The position numbers and the translations under genes were made by a program. From Macrostomum lignano (lineage: Eukaryota): 64,000 nucleotides of DNA. A model generated the notes under the pieces. That model worked only from the letters and a program-made list of their open reading frames with translations. It was not told where the DNA came from and made no database searches. The stretch is from contig NIVC01000581.1 of assembly GCA_002269645.1 (NCBI GenBank), forward strand, positions 1-64,000, read 5' to 3'. The number at the start of each line of letters is the position of its first letter. The first letter of the stretch is position 1. Positions 1 to 11,577 of the stretch are shown here, one piece after another.

Positions 1-668
1 CATGAGGGGGCTTCTGGACAAAATTTTTCACTCCTCCATAATCCACCTAAATCCATCTATATTATCCCGACAGAATCAGAAAAAAAGGGGGGTCGCACTC
101 GCTCACAAAACGTCCTCCATAATCCCATTAAATCCATCCATATTATCCCTGACAGAATCATGAAAAAGTGGAGGGGCGCACTTGCTCCGAAAACTTCGAA
201 CATAATCGTATTAAATCCATCCATATTATCCCTGACAGAATCAGTGCATAACAGATGTCCACTAACACCTGTTATGCTCATTGACACCGACATCCACCCA
301 TAACATTTCTAAAACAATCAGAAAATAATCTGCATTCTTCTCCACATTCAATCCGCAACGTGACCACATCCCTAAGACTTTAAATCATCAGCGCAGGGTC
401 CTTACCCATTGAAAAAAATTAATTTTTCTCTAAAAATGTTTCCAGTTGTCTCTCCAGGTTCTTATTACAAAACGCACGAGCCTAATTACAAGAGTAAGTA
501 CCATGCAAACTTGAATGCAGCGAATACATGAGAAAATTGGCCCACGTTGATATCAATGTCCTAATATTAATCTAGCTCTCCAAAGACATTGGTTTCATAA
601 GTATGGAGTAACCTATGTAAAAGATTATGACAGCTACTATAACTTTGCAGAAATCATTAAGCAATTGT
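1..668 (+). repeat. Left terminal inverted repeat
   Basis: Reverse complement of 15429-16108. The match ends at GCAATTGT (661-668). Confidence 0.95.
50..244 (+). repeat. Three ~31-bp subterminal direct repeats inside the TIR (AAATCCATCCATATTATCCCTGACAGAATCA), spaced ~80 bp apart
   Basis: Copies near 50, 130 and 214, mirrored at ~15864-16060. Confidence 0.85.
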
Positions 669-670
669 GA
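436..670 (+). pseudogene. Left-TIR copy of the 78-aa TIR ORF, frameshifted by -1 (possibly an assembly error)
   Basis: ATG at 436 gives MFPVVSPGSYYKTHEPNYKSKY. After a 1-nt correction it continues CKLECSEYMRK...YNFAEIIKQL with TGA at 668-670. Confidence 0.75.
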
Positions 671-674
671 TTTC

Positions 675-1535
675 TTACATTCTCTCAATGATCAACGTCA
701 ATACAAACTCTTCACCGTTGAAATCAACACCCATCCCATCTTCAGTCTCAAACTGTAGCACAATCTCGTGAATCTCCTTATTACTCAATACAACTCTTTT
801 CACTGGATTTGGTTTCTCTACCACCATCTGTCCTCCAGCAACAGAGTTGGAGATGTTGTACAAAATATTCGTTCGCTTTCCCTTAAATACCCAATCAAGA
901 CTGAGATTGCTTCTGATTAGAATATTCAAACCCTTTACAATGTCTGCTATATTGGGTGCTAAGAACAAACCGCTACACTTTCCCGGACCATTGTAACGTC
1001 CCCGATGCTTGAGTGGCGGTCCGCGCCGCGGATTCTGCCTTATAAACTTTCTTCTCGAATCCCAGTTCCCTATACCAAGTGTCATCTTTAAACTCAACCT
1101 CCGCATCTTTGTGAACTTGCATGACCACTCTCATTACAGTGAGATCATAGGTTAGTTTGACAGGGAACAGTTTCTTTCTGGCTTACTCGCATCAGGTGTC
1201 TCAAAATGGCCTCTCTTAGTAAAGACATTTTCTAGAAAGTTATTGTAGGTATCCACACTTTGCGTGCTCACATGGAATACCACAGGGTCTGCTGCTGCAC
1301 CTTTCCATTTGTAATAAAACTTATTATTTGCTGCCATCACATTGGGAACGTTTGACCAACCAGTGAAGTCGTTAAGATAGACATGGTAATTAGCGCCTGG
1401 ATCCAGGCGAATCGCCTGCTCTAATTTTTCAACAAACATCCCGTTTGAGTCATTAATTCGCCCAGTTATTGTAATAGGAATGCTCTCCTTAGAGTGTGAA
1501 ACAATGTTATTTAGTCTTTCGGCTATAGCTTCCAT
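675..1535 (-). CDS. Minor capsid protein (penton), split by frameshift into ORFs 1152-1535 and 675-1106
   Basis: N-terminal ...SNVPNVMAANNKFYY and C-terminal EDGMGVDFNGEEFVLTLII match Polinton penton motifs. The gene lies directly downstream of the MCP. Confidence 0.8.
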
Positions 1536-1557
1536 TTTTTTGTCCTAAAAAAAATAT

Positions 1558-2839
1558 TTAAACTTTACTGGATGAATTGTTGATCATGTTAAGCTTCACC
1601 TTCCTCTCAAATGCATAGACAATGTACAGGTCCACGGGTGTTGCGGCAGTCCTTTCAATGTTAGTCACGATATTCACAGGGCTGTTATCAGTAGGCATTT
1701 GTCTGGCAGACACATCAGCGCCAAACATCGGATATAGAGTTCCATATTGAAGAGCAGTGATAGCAATTCCATTGTTCTCTTTCACAGCCAAGTCGACCAA
1801 CTCGCTGTAAAATTTGCTAATCTTGTTCTGACTGAAATCTCCATTTTGTGGCAGTGCAGGGTAAAGATTATCACTGATTTCATGCTGAATGGACCGCACG
1901 TCTCCATGCATGTAGCGTATAATGCTATTTGGGTTTCTCATATTAATAATGATATACCTTGGATTGCTGCATGATCCCTCTTTAATGCAGATGTTTGTTC
2001 TAGTTTCGTTTCGCTCATCTCGACACATGTAGGCCGTGTATGCAACATCAATGTCCTTCTCTATTGCCTTAAGATAGTCTGCTTTTAGTGCAGTCTTTGG
2101 CTCAATGACTTCCAAATACAGCTCGATTCCGGTTAGCTTCACACCATCCCAGTGTGGTCCGCCCCAGTCCACAACACTCTACTGCGATCATCTCTAGTCA
2201 TCTAAAGTGTAGCTAAAGTTACTAGTCAGTCGATTAAATGTATTACAGAATCCACTCATGAATCTCAATGGTACAAATACATCAACAGACCGATACAGCG
2301 GGTTCTTAGCAGCATCATCAGCACCTTGCAATGCATAGTTGTATCTCTTCTTCCTCTTTTTATAGCCACTGTCATTGATGTCTCCTTCTTTTTCATCTGC
2401 AATAAAACCCGCACCACTTCCCAACTGAATAAAATCAGGATTCTCGATCAAACAATGAGCGTCATAGACAATTCCAAAGTTGGCGATTCGCTCCAACTCG
2501 TGCTCCCATTCGATACACTAAACTCCTTGAACATGTACGCCCAAAAGTTACTGATCAGAGCCACATCCGCATCATGCTTGTCAACGTTAGCACGAGCCGC
2601 ATCCGCACCACCCTTTGTCTTGAATTGAAATGTCATATGGAAGCCGCTCTTAAGACTGTGCACACTAACCAAGACGAACATCCATTGTATGTAAATGTCA
2701 GTGTTTGACCAGGACCAAGATTAGTTTCATTCTGATTTTCCTGACTGGGAACTCTTACCTGAGTCGCTTTGATTGTGCTATCATCACTCAAAATAGGCTT
2801 GTTAATCTTGTAGAAAACTGGTGTCAGTGGGTCGTTCAT
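1558..2839 (-). CDS. Major capsid protein (double jelly-roll, Polinton PY/hexon-like), several frameshifts
   Basis: ORFs 2633-2839, 2448-2681, 2194-2496 and 1558-2172 join into ~425 aa. Motifs include DVFVPLRFMSGFC, GIELYLEVIEP and YPMFGADVS. Size and position fit an MCP. Confidence 0.8.
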
Positions 2840-2868
2840 TTTTAACTAAAAATAAAATAAAATAAGAA

Positions 2869-4082
2869 ATGAAGCGAAAAAGTACACAGCAGATATCTGA
2901 ATTGGAGAAGCTAGCACAAGCAGAGAAACGAGTTACCGGGCTAATAAATAAGGAGCAACAATCCTACAATGAGTTTGTCCAAGCAGCCACAGAGTTTCAT
3001 AAACCCGGGTATGGAGAAGCTAAGAAAAATATTGATCAGGTCAAAGAAACTATCGACGACATACAGGAAACCCAAGTGCAAAAGGTTTTGGGCAAAATTC
3101 CAGAAGCACCACAGATACAGCCGCAACCACAGACACAACCGCAACCACAACAATCACAACACAACATCACAACCACAACAACAGCAACTAAAAGTGACAG
3201 ATAACATTTTTGGACCAGTAGAGCGTGTCGAACATGATGGGAAATATGTATTTGGAATAAGTATGTGGAGAAAAAAATTTATAATGAACCAGTGGAATAT
3301 TATATCGACATAAATAAGGAAAATATTTCTGTTGTCAAAGGCTCGAAACTAAGAGCATTCCTTTCACAGAAACCTTACTGACTTTTATGACCAAGAACCA
3401 AGAGAGAATCTCGGACAAACAGCTAAAGAACTATAGAGATCTAGTGACTTTTTCTCTTGCTAGAGATATAGAAATACTAAAGGTCCCAGAAGTCTGAAAC
3501 ACATGTACGATAGCGGTGTCAACCTGACTAAATTCAAAAAGTACAAGCACTTTAAACAATGGTTCGATTTGCCAGATCAGGCGGAAGTCATAAAATATCT
3601 AGAACAACACAACAGCAACAACAACCCACAACAGCAGCAACATTCCAGAAGAACAAGTACTCAGTCAACTGAGCAGTTAGACCCTTTGAAGTAGCTGAAT
3701 ATAAAAAATCACCCAGATGCTGGCAACACTTAGAACAACACTCTCCAGATCGAATGAACAGAATCAAGCAAAGAGTTTTCACACCTCAACAAAGACAGGC
3801 ACCACATGACAGTTCCATCTCTGAAAGTGAGCAGTCTTTTGCATCACCTCCCCAGCAGCTACAAGCCCAACCAACTCCACAACCCAAGACCAACCGCCCT
3901 CAACTGGAAAAGGAATTTCTGAAATCTACAAGCGAGTAGCGGTTCTTCTAGGAGCAGCAAAGACCGGAATGAAAGATGAAAATAGAAAAGAATTTGTCAA
4001 CATCCTGGACAAAATGCTTGAGAGAAAATATATCGATAAAGAGGCGAGAGAGCTTCTGCTTTCGCGGTTCAACAAAAAATAA
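2869..4082 (+). CDS. Conserved Polinton accessory protein with Q/P/T-rich linkers, frameshifted
   Basis: The fragments join from MKRKSTQQ to ...KRVAVLLGAAKTG...EFVNILDKMLERKYIDKE (TAA 4080-4082). This resembles the RLxLLxAS..AGN..EI..I..EL C-terminal motif I recall from Polinton proteins. Confidence 0.6.
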
Positions 4083-4095
4083 TTTATTTCAAAAA

Positions 4096-4481
4096 ATGCC
4101 ATTATTTTCGAAAAGACATGACAAATACTATGACAAAGAGGAACTTAATCTCATTAAACGCGGATCTGGACTTTTCCCTGCAGGCCACTATCCAAGAAAA
4201 GAACGCTCAGGGAATGGCTTGCCGATTTGATCGCTCAGGGGGCCAAGATTTTTAAGGTCATTGGAGAGAACAAAGAGAACATCAAGAACGTTGCCGAAGC
4301 GGCTGGCAGTGTAGCCACAGCAGCCAAAAAGATAAAGGATACTGTAACACCTAAACAAGAGATTCAGCCTCCACTGGCCCCGCTGGCTCCATTGGCCCCA
4401 AATCCAGACAGTGTGGACCCTGCAGTCTATGAGAAGATGAGGGCTAGCATTAAAAAAGGAAGTGGTTTCAAATTTGACTAA
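4096..4481 (+). CDS. Small putative virion core protein (~128 aa) with three [KR]xGxG motifs, one frameshift
   Basis: MPLFSKRHDK...KRGSGL...RSGNGL / (D)LIAQGAKIF...KKGSGFKFD. Confidence 0.65.
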
Positions 4482-4507
4482 AGGGTACTTTCCGAGGGTA
4501 CAAGACT

Positions 4508-4654
4508 AGTCCCGAAATGACACATCTAAGTCCCAAAATGACACATCTAAGTCCCGAAATGACACATCTAAGTCCCGAAATGACACAATTAAGTACCAAA
4601 ATGACACATCTAAGTCCCAAAATGACACATCTAAGTCCCGAAATGACACATCTA
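4508..4654 (+). repeat. 21-bp tandem repeat x7 (AGTCCCGAAATGACACATCTA) upstream of the ATPase
   Basis: Read directly from the sequence. Confidence 0.95.
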
Positions 4655-4693
4655 AATTATTATTATTTAAATTTTTTTTTCATCATAGAAAAA

Positions 4694-5494
4694 ATGGACT
4701 TTTCAAACGACTTCAATCCTCACTGGACGCGTAATCAGATTAAGTTTTCTCATCACGAGTCAATTCCGAGTCACTTCAGATGCATTGTTGTTGGTTCATC
4801 AGGTTCAGGTAAAACATTCAGAGTCTTTAACATGCTTCTTAGACCTGGCTTTATCGACTATGACACTCTGCACATCTACTCTCCCACACTGTATCAAGAT
4901 GAGTATAAAATGTTGATTTCTGGATTGCAAAACAAACTGCACAAAGAGGACATTATTGCATGTTTTAATAACCAAATGAGCCTTCCCAGTAACCCTGAAA
5001 TTGTAGCTGCTGAATATGCAAAGCACCTCAAAGACAATGAAAAATGGCAGAACATTAAAGTGTTCACCTATGGAGATCCACAGGCTGATCCAAAGACCAA
5101 ACTTCTACCCCAACCAGATGAGCTAGAAAAGGGGAGAAAGCATTTGATCGTCTTTGATGATTGTATGACAGGCCCACAGAAGCAGATAGAAAACTATTTT
5201 ACAAGAGGGCGACATAACAATTGCAATGTAATTTACATTGCACAGAATTGGTTCGAGCTCCCGAACAAAACAATTCGTGGGAACTGCAATCTGATTCTCC
5301 TGTTTCCAACCATTCCACAGGACAGGCTAAAAAGATTTTACAATGAGGTCATTGCGCCTGCCTATTTCATAAATCCAACAAAAAACTCAAGCAGAAAGAT
5401 TTCACAAGAGGAATTCGTTAATCTTTGCTATGACAAGTGGAATCAGCCTTACCAGTTTGTGATTATCAGCAAAGAAAAAAGAACTGTAATTTAA
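4694..5494 (+). CDS. A32/FtsK-like DNA packaging ATPase (intact)
   Basis: Walker A GSSGSGKT, Walker B LIVFDD, and the RGRH...IAQ motif. Likely start is MDFSNDF at 4694. Confidence 0.95.
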   Translation: MDFSNDFNPHWTRNQIKFSHHESIPSHFRCIVVGSSGSGKTFRVFNMLLRPGFIDYDTLHIYSPTLYQDEYKMLISGLQNKLHKEDIIACFNNQMSLPSNPEIVAAEYAKHLKDNEKWQNIKVFTYGDPQADPKTKLLPQPDELEKGRKHLIVFDDCMTGPQKQIENYFTRGRHNNCNVIYIAQNWFELPNKTIRGNCNLILLFPTIPQDRLKRFYNEVIAPAYFINPTKNSSRKISQEEFVNLCYDKWNQPYQFVIISKEKRTVI

Positions 5495-5510
5495 AATTTG
5501 CTATTAAAAG

Positions 5511-6233
5511 ATGTCGATAAACTTTGCAGGTGAATCATTTCTACAGGCAACAGCATCTCACAACTTCCTCCTTGACAGCGCTACATTAACACAGAAAAGA
5601 TCCCAGAGATCAAACTGAATAAAAACAGACTGAAAGCCCTAGAGCGCTCCATGCACCAGTTGCAAATAAACATGGAAGATCTCAGGCTTAAAGTAGCTAG
5701 GCAGAAGTTTGAAAGTGATAAGCTTTATGTGCCGTTGTTAAACGCAACTAATGAACTAAGGTCAGAAATAACTTCGATAGTCTCGCTAATCAACGGCTTG
5801 AGATCATCAGTTAATCTTCTGGGAAATTCCACTGATAGACGGATGCGTATTCTCGAAGGAGGAGTTTTCACAAACACAGCTAAAGTAAATAATTTAGAAG
5901 AGTTCATGAACCAGTCAACAGCGTTGCATGATAGAATTAAAGAAAACGTCGCAACCAACACAGGTAAAGTGAAATTTAGAAGAGTTCATGACTCAGTCAA
6001 CATCGTTGCATGATCGAATCAAAGAAAGACTTGAAGCATTAAAGAGAAAGGATGTATCACACAGTAGCTATCTAAACGGAATGTATAGCTCTTGGGGTAA
6101 AATAATAAGGAGGCTTGATCGTCTGGAGAGAACACTCAATCTTCGTGATATTGCTATTGATGAAGCAGAATCTGCTGCTCGTCCGGTCATGTCTACAGAT
6201 CGAGTAGAAGGAGCTCTGGACCCCGCGGAGTAA
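5511..6233 (+). CDS. Coiled-coil protein of unknown function, frameshifted, with an internal ~60-bp duplication
   Basis: ATG at 5511. ORFs 5651-6013 and 5988-6233 have heptad-like sequence. Near-duplicate segments at ~5884-5944 and ~5968-6027. Confidence 0.5.
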
Positions 6234-6406
6234 TCCGGCACGCTCTCAAACGTCAGCCGCCCAGCCGCTGCCTGCTGGACTCGCGATCCTCCGGCGTCAC
6301 GAGAGCCGCCTAGACAACCGGCGGTGCAGATGGAATTATCAAAAGAAAACAGATCTTTCAACCGGATAGTTTTATAATTTTTTTATTATTTTTTCTAGAG
6401 AAAAAA

Positions 6407-7131
6407 ATGGCCCAACAAAATTCTCTATACGATCAGTCTCAATACGTTGAACCTAAAATACCGACAGCACCAAACTCAATGGCACCGAATTCGAACACAC
6501 AAAACCTGGCACCGAATCTGAATGCACCCCAATATGAGCAACAAAAACTCTACCCCGTCATTACTTGTAACTCTCAACAGTTTCGACTGGTGGAGATTCA
6601 AAAAATGCGCGATGATCTTGAAAAAAATATTTTCCACAACACAAAGAAAATTAAGCGCTATGACAGCCACTGTAAATTTTTCGACTACAGCAATATGATT
6701 CTAGGATCTGTGTCTGTTCTAACTGGGTCTGCTGCAGCTGTCTCAACGTTGCCAGTCATCACAGCCCCAATCGCAATTCCACTTGGTTCAGTAGGTGCTG
6801 CATGTGGACTTATTTCAGCAATTACTGGAGCATAGCGCGAAACAGGCGAAAAAAACTAAAGCAGCTACAGGAGAAGCAAGTAAAAGAGAAAGGGGTGCAC
6901 ACTTCAATCATAGGGTACATTTCAAGGGCAATCGAGGATAAGTTCATTTCAGAGGATGAGTTCAAAACCATTCAGGATCTTTATGAACAATCAATTCGAA
7001 TGAACTTGAACATGGTCGGTACTGATGACATGAGTCAGCTGAAAATGAACTCGAGAAAGTTTTCAACATTATGTGGAAAGAAAGTCGCAACGAAGAAATT
7101 CGGCAAGAAGGACGACGAGAATGCACAATGA
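6407..7131 (+). CDS. Conserved Polinton membrane-active protein (coiled coil, hydrophobic hairpin, DxxISEDEF tail), frameshifted
   Basis: LYPVI...QFRLVEIQKMRDDLE, a hydrophobic stretch ILGSVSVLTGSAAAV...IPLGSVGAACGLISAITGA, and YISRAIEDKFISEDEF. Confidence 0.65.
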
Positions 7132-7134
7132 ACC

Positions 7135-7535
7135 CTATGAAACACAGCCAAGAATAATTTCCTTGTAGGTCTTTCGTGTTTTGGTCATTGCATACAAAAC
7201 AGTCATGCACAGCTCACCGCAAATATCACTGCTAAGACCTTGGAGAATAAAGTCTGAGCGATAAATTTTTTTATTATTTTTCCCTTCATATAATTTCTTA
7301 GCTCTTCTGGTACTGCCGTCCCATAGCTATCGAAGTAATAACACTTGTGCTTGCGATCGGGATCAATCACCCAGCAAACCCAATGAGATCCTGGCTTATC
7401 GGTGGTGTCAAAGTTCATGATGCCGCATTCCTTTCTTAGAGGAAAATCAGGCAGAGTGTCCCTCATAAATATTCCTCTAAAGTTTGGGATTTCCAGTTCG
7501 TTAGCCAAATCTTCAAGAAAGTTATTTGTTGTCAT
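7135..7535 (-). CDS. Adenain-like cysteine maturation protease, one frameshift in an A-run
   Basis: GSHWV (His) and YFDSYG (Asp). The shifted frame gives LQGLSSDICGELC (Gln, Cys), ending TAG at 7135-7137. Confidence 0.92.
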
Positions 7536-7618
7536 TTTTATGTCATTTTTTATGAGGTTTATTAAACTTTCTCTTAAACCTAAACCCAACTCCACCTCCT
7601 AAACCCAACCTCCTAAAC

Positions 7619-10600
7619 CTAATCTCCAGTGCCCGAACGGTAGACTGTTATATTGTCATCAAAAATGAATCTCTTGTTATCTGCACCTGACAGTCCAATC
7701 TTCTTTTGCTGAATTGTGTGAATAATATGGTTTTTAGATTGTAGCTTTGAGAACTCATGTGATGTCTTTTTGTTGCAATTCAAGGCGTCTCTGTATTCAG
7801 CTTCATTAATTTCCTTCCTAACCACACGTTTCGGAATTCCCTTTGATTTTTTATTGGGTCTGACGACTCACATTTTACAAAATAGGACTTTGCTCTCAAC
7901 CCAATGAATTCAGTGATTATGTCACCAGCAATCTCGTCCTTCATTTTCCCAATCACTTTCTTGTTAGTGGCGTCAAACACTTGATCGCCATTCTGTGTCC
8001 TGCAAGATTCATCATACTCAGACAAGTCAAACAAATCTTTTTGCTGCAGCATGTCCTGATAAATGTCTTCTGTTTGAATGTCCATAATAAAACTGTCTGT
8101 GTCAGTGTACAAGAGTTTCATTTTATCCTTGTACTGCTGCTTCATGCCATAGAAGAACTGGTACATCAGACGTTTTGATTCGTCGAGAACAGTGACACCT
8201 GTATAGATCGGCTTGCGCAGCGTCACCTTGGTTTTGTAAAATATGATCACACCTAAGTAGCTATTAAAGATATGGAGTTCTTTGAATGTTGGCTTTGACA
8301 TATTTGCCTGAATAACAGCAGGCTCTGATGAGGTAACAAGTTTCAGGTTTGTTCTTTTCCGCTCATTCTCAAGAGTCTTGCCATAGACAGAGTTGTTGGC
8401 CAACTTAAAGAGGTTCTTGTCAAAGTCGTTGGTTGCTTTGGTCCTAAACTGGGTGTTCTTATCAATGTAGGGTTTCATCCACGCTTCCTCTGTAAATGTA
8501 AGAGCCCGTGAACTTTGGTGACCCTGCAACCAAGTGAGATAAAATACTGAAGCAGTTTGTAATGGATTTTGTAACGTGTCTTGTTGTTTAGATTCTGTGT
8601 TAGTTTCTCTGTATGTTCTTTTTCTGTTCCTGACAGCCAAGTTCCATTATTATCATTGGGAGTTTCGATTATTTTCGGGCACTTGATGTTCTCTGGGAAG
8701 GGTGGAAAGTCAGAGAAATAGTCGTGAAGCTCTGGTGGAATGTAAACATCAACTTCATAAATGGCAGCCAATGAAAAGTCCCGTTTGAATTCTGATGAGG
8801 GTAGCCATCGAAAATCTCTAACTGGAAGATCTTGACTCATCGCCCACCCGTAGAGATTATTAGCGTCCAAGTAAGTAATGTAGTTTGAGGGCTGCTCCTT
8901 ATTGTAAGATTCAATGTAGGGATTGTTTGCTTTTGCATACCTGTTAACGCAAATTGAGATCCCCCTCGCTTTGACGATTCGACAAAATTGTACATGTCAA
9001 TGTCTGTAAGAAGTTCAATGTACCAATCTGGATCTTGATCCCATTTCATTTTAAGCAAAGATTCCCAGCTAGTGGCAGGCAGAGACACATAATGTGCTGG
9101 ATCGAGGCCATATGCTGTGTACCAGGTGTATCTGAAGGTTTCAAACACATCGGCCAGCAGAAACACATCTGTGAAGAGGTAAAGCAGGTGATACTGGAAG
9201 AAGTTTTGACAATTAAAGTAATTATAGACATGCTTCGCGTGCTCATAGTCTTTGTCAGAGATTCCAGAGTCTGTTAGCTTTGAAAAGAACTTCTCCTGTG
9301 GTGGTAAACCTTCTTCAAATACGTGATACCCAGTAATATTTTCATAGGGGTAGAAGCCTTTGGTTCTCAGGAGTTTAAATGATTCATCACTGTTGTAAAT
9401 TTTACTTGCAAACATCTTTGTATATGTACATTGTTCATCTTTTAGATTCTTGCTTAGTTCGTCTAGACTGGCAGCTAGAAATTGATATGAATCCTTCAGT
9501 CTTATTTTACCTGTACCCGAACCTTACCTTACCCGAATTATCCTGTTTAATATCAACACACTTAAACTTCTCCTTGTTCTCTGCGATGCAGTCAAGGTGT
9601 ATGTCTGGAATCATGCCGATTTTTTCAACTATTAAATGCATGTCATAGTTCTTTGCGTTGTGACAAAATATCGTTAGATCATGAATGTTCGATTTTAGCT
9701 GTAGATTACAGGTGTTATGCGCTGCACCTCTAAATTTCCCAGTAAAGTGGCAGTGGTCCCTAACGGTGGGGTTTTTAATATCAGTGCAAGTTAAATGTTT
9801 CCTGCAGATGTGGCAATGAGTTGCTGATAGGAAATTGCTTTCATCCTCCTCAGTCATCATTATTGGAACAGGTTGAAGGGTGCTAATCACTTTTGCAACT
9901 CTAACATTCTGGCAATAAACTGCTCCACACACTGCTCTCCAAAGAAATAATTATACTCAACAAGTCCTTTTGTATTAATAAAGGCATATGCTACTGAATT
10001 GGGGACATGTTTTTGAGTTTGAGTTTGTTTTTGAGTTTCTGGCATGATTGAGCATTCGAAATCAGCATATACAACAAATGGGAGCTTCTCCATCTTGTGA
10101 TAGTTCTTAAACCGGAGATACTTCTCTTCAGCTGAAGGAAGAGAGCAGTTTGTTGGGTGATCCTCGCATGATAATTCATGCTCTGTTAGTTTTTCAAAGC
10201 GTTCAGGTCCACTGTAATGCTTAAGGCACAAGCGGCAGATGGCAACAGCCTCGTGATGATTATTCAACTGCTTGTGAATGAGTCTTGAAAGATCTTTAAT
10301 CCAAACATAGTGAGCCTCCTCTAGTAAATTACCAATCACTAGAAGATCCACTTCAGTCCGCCTTTTCCCCTCAGGATCTAAAACGTCTTTGCTACATCTG
10401 ACCGGTTGAACTTTCTCAGTTTTTTCACTCCATCAAAGACTGTGATTCTAATTTTGTTATTAAACACTTCTTCTAGCTTTGGATCTGAGAGATCGCCAAG
10501 CCTCCTTTGTCAAACCTGATTCCCTTCTTTTCGCATTCGATGAGATAGTAGTTGAAATAATTTTGATAATTTGAGGTTCTTTCGGGGTGGTGAGGTACAC

Positions 10601-11433
10601 TAATAAGTGCAGAAAGAACTGCCCATAGAGCACAGCAATTGTCTTTATTTTTAACATTTATGCAAGCTTTTTTGCCGGCTAGCTTATGCGGGAGCTCTAT
10701 ATAAGAGGAGGCTTTAAGTGGGTCATATTTCATGACCATGACAGTCGCTCTTTGAATCCCTCCCACGACCCATCCGGAACCTCTGGATGTAAACGCTTCA
10801 ATTTTCTTAGTGACATCTTGAAGGAAAGGATCCAGTGTGTCAGTAGGGGTGAATGGTTTGCCTTTGTTGTCATGTAATACTCGAGATGCTCAGTGGGTTT
10901 TGCAGGCATATAAAACGCAATCTTGAATGATATCTGTAGTTTAAAGTCTTGCGTGTTTTGAGTGTGTGATCAACAACTGATTGGATGCTGTCTTTATAGT
11001 CGTAGATGTTTGCGGTGGTATCCTTAATTGGGATTGTGTACTCTATGTAATGTTCTGTAAACTTCCTCTGTGCAAAATTAATCTCTTCAATGGCAAGCTC
11101 CGACTCTTTTAAATGGATTAATTGCTCTAATTTCTCTTGTTCCTGCTTATTTTGTGGGTACTTTGCTTTTTCACCAGTGAGAGTTTCGTATTTGTTAACT
11201 AAGTTGCGACTCCTCTCTTGGTGTTCCTTTGCAGGATTTTTTATAGGCGCATACTGGTTGGATTCTAATTGATTGATGATTTCCAACTGTTTTTCATAGC
11301 TTCCCAGGTGACCAGGGTCGGTGTTAAACTTTTGTTTGTATGCTTCTCTTAGTAAATTACTTTTGTCTTGAAATGAGACGCCTTTTGAAAAATATTTGTT
11401 GACTAAATCTTTTGCTGGATTGGCTTTTGGCAT
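7619..11433 (-). CDS. polB: Protein-primed family B DNA polymerase (N-terminal TP-like region, vOTU-like domain, Endo VII-like insert), multiple frameshifts
   Basis: ExoI YADFE, ExoII HNAKNYD, ExoIII TDVFLLADVFE, DANNLYGWAM, KLANNSVYGK, YTDTDS. Also KDNCCALWAV...HYVWIKD and RDHCHFTGKFRGAAHNTCN. Confidence 0.96.
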
Positions 11434-11577
11434 TTTTTTCTCTAAAATAAAAAAAAATTTTTTGAGGGTGACCACCCTGATAGAAAAGTTGAACTGTTTC
11501 TACATCCTATAAGTAGCGCTAGGTTTATGAAGCTGGATAAAGTGGGGTTTTAAACCTCATCACTTTCACATTCACAT

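Noticed and set aside
57-293. ORFs in the outer TIR (57-293 and 15885-16211)
   Set aside because: The frames are not preserved between the two TIR copies, they derive from subterminal repeats, and one runs outside the element.
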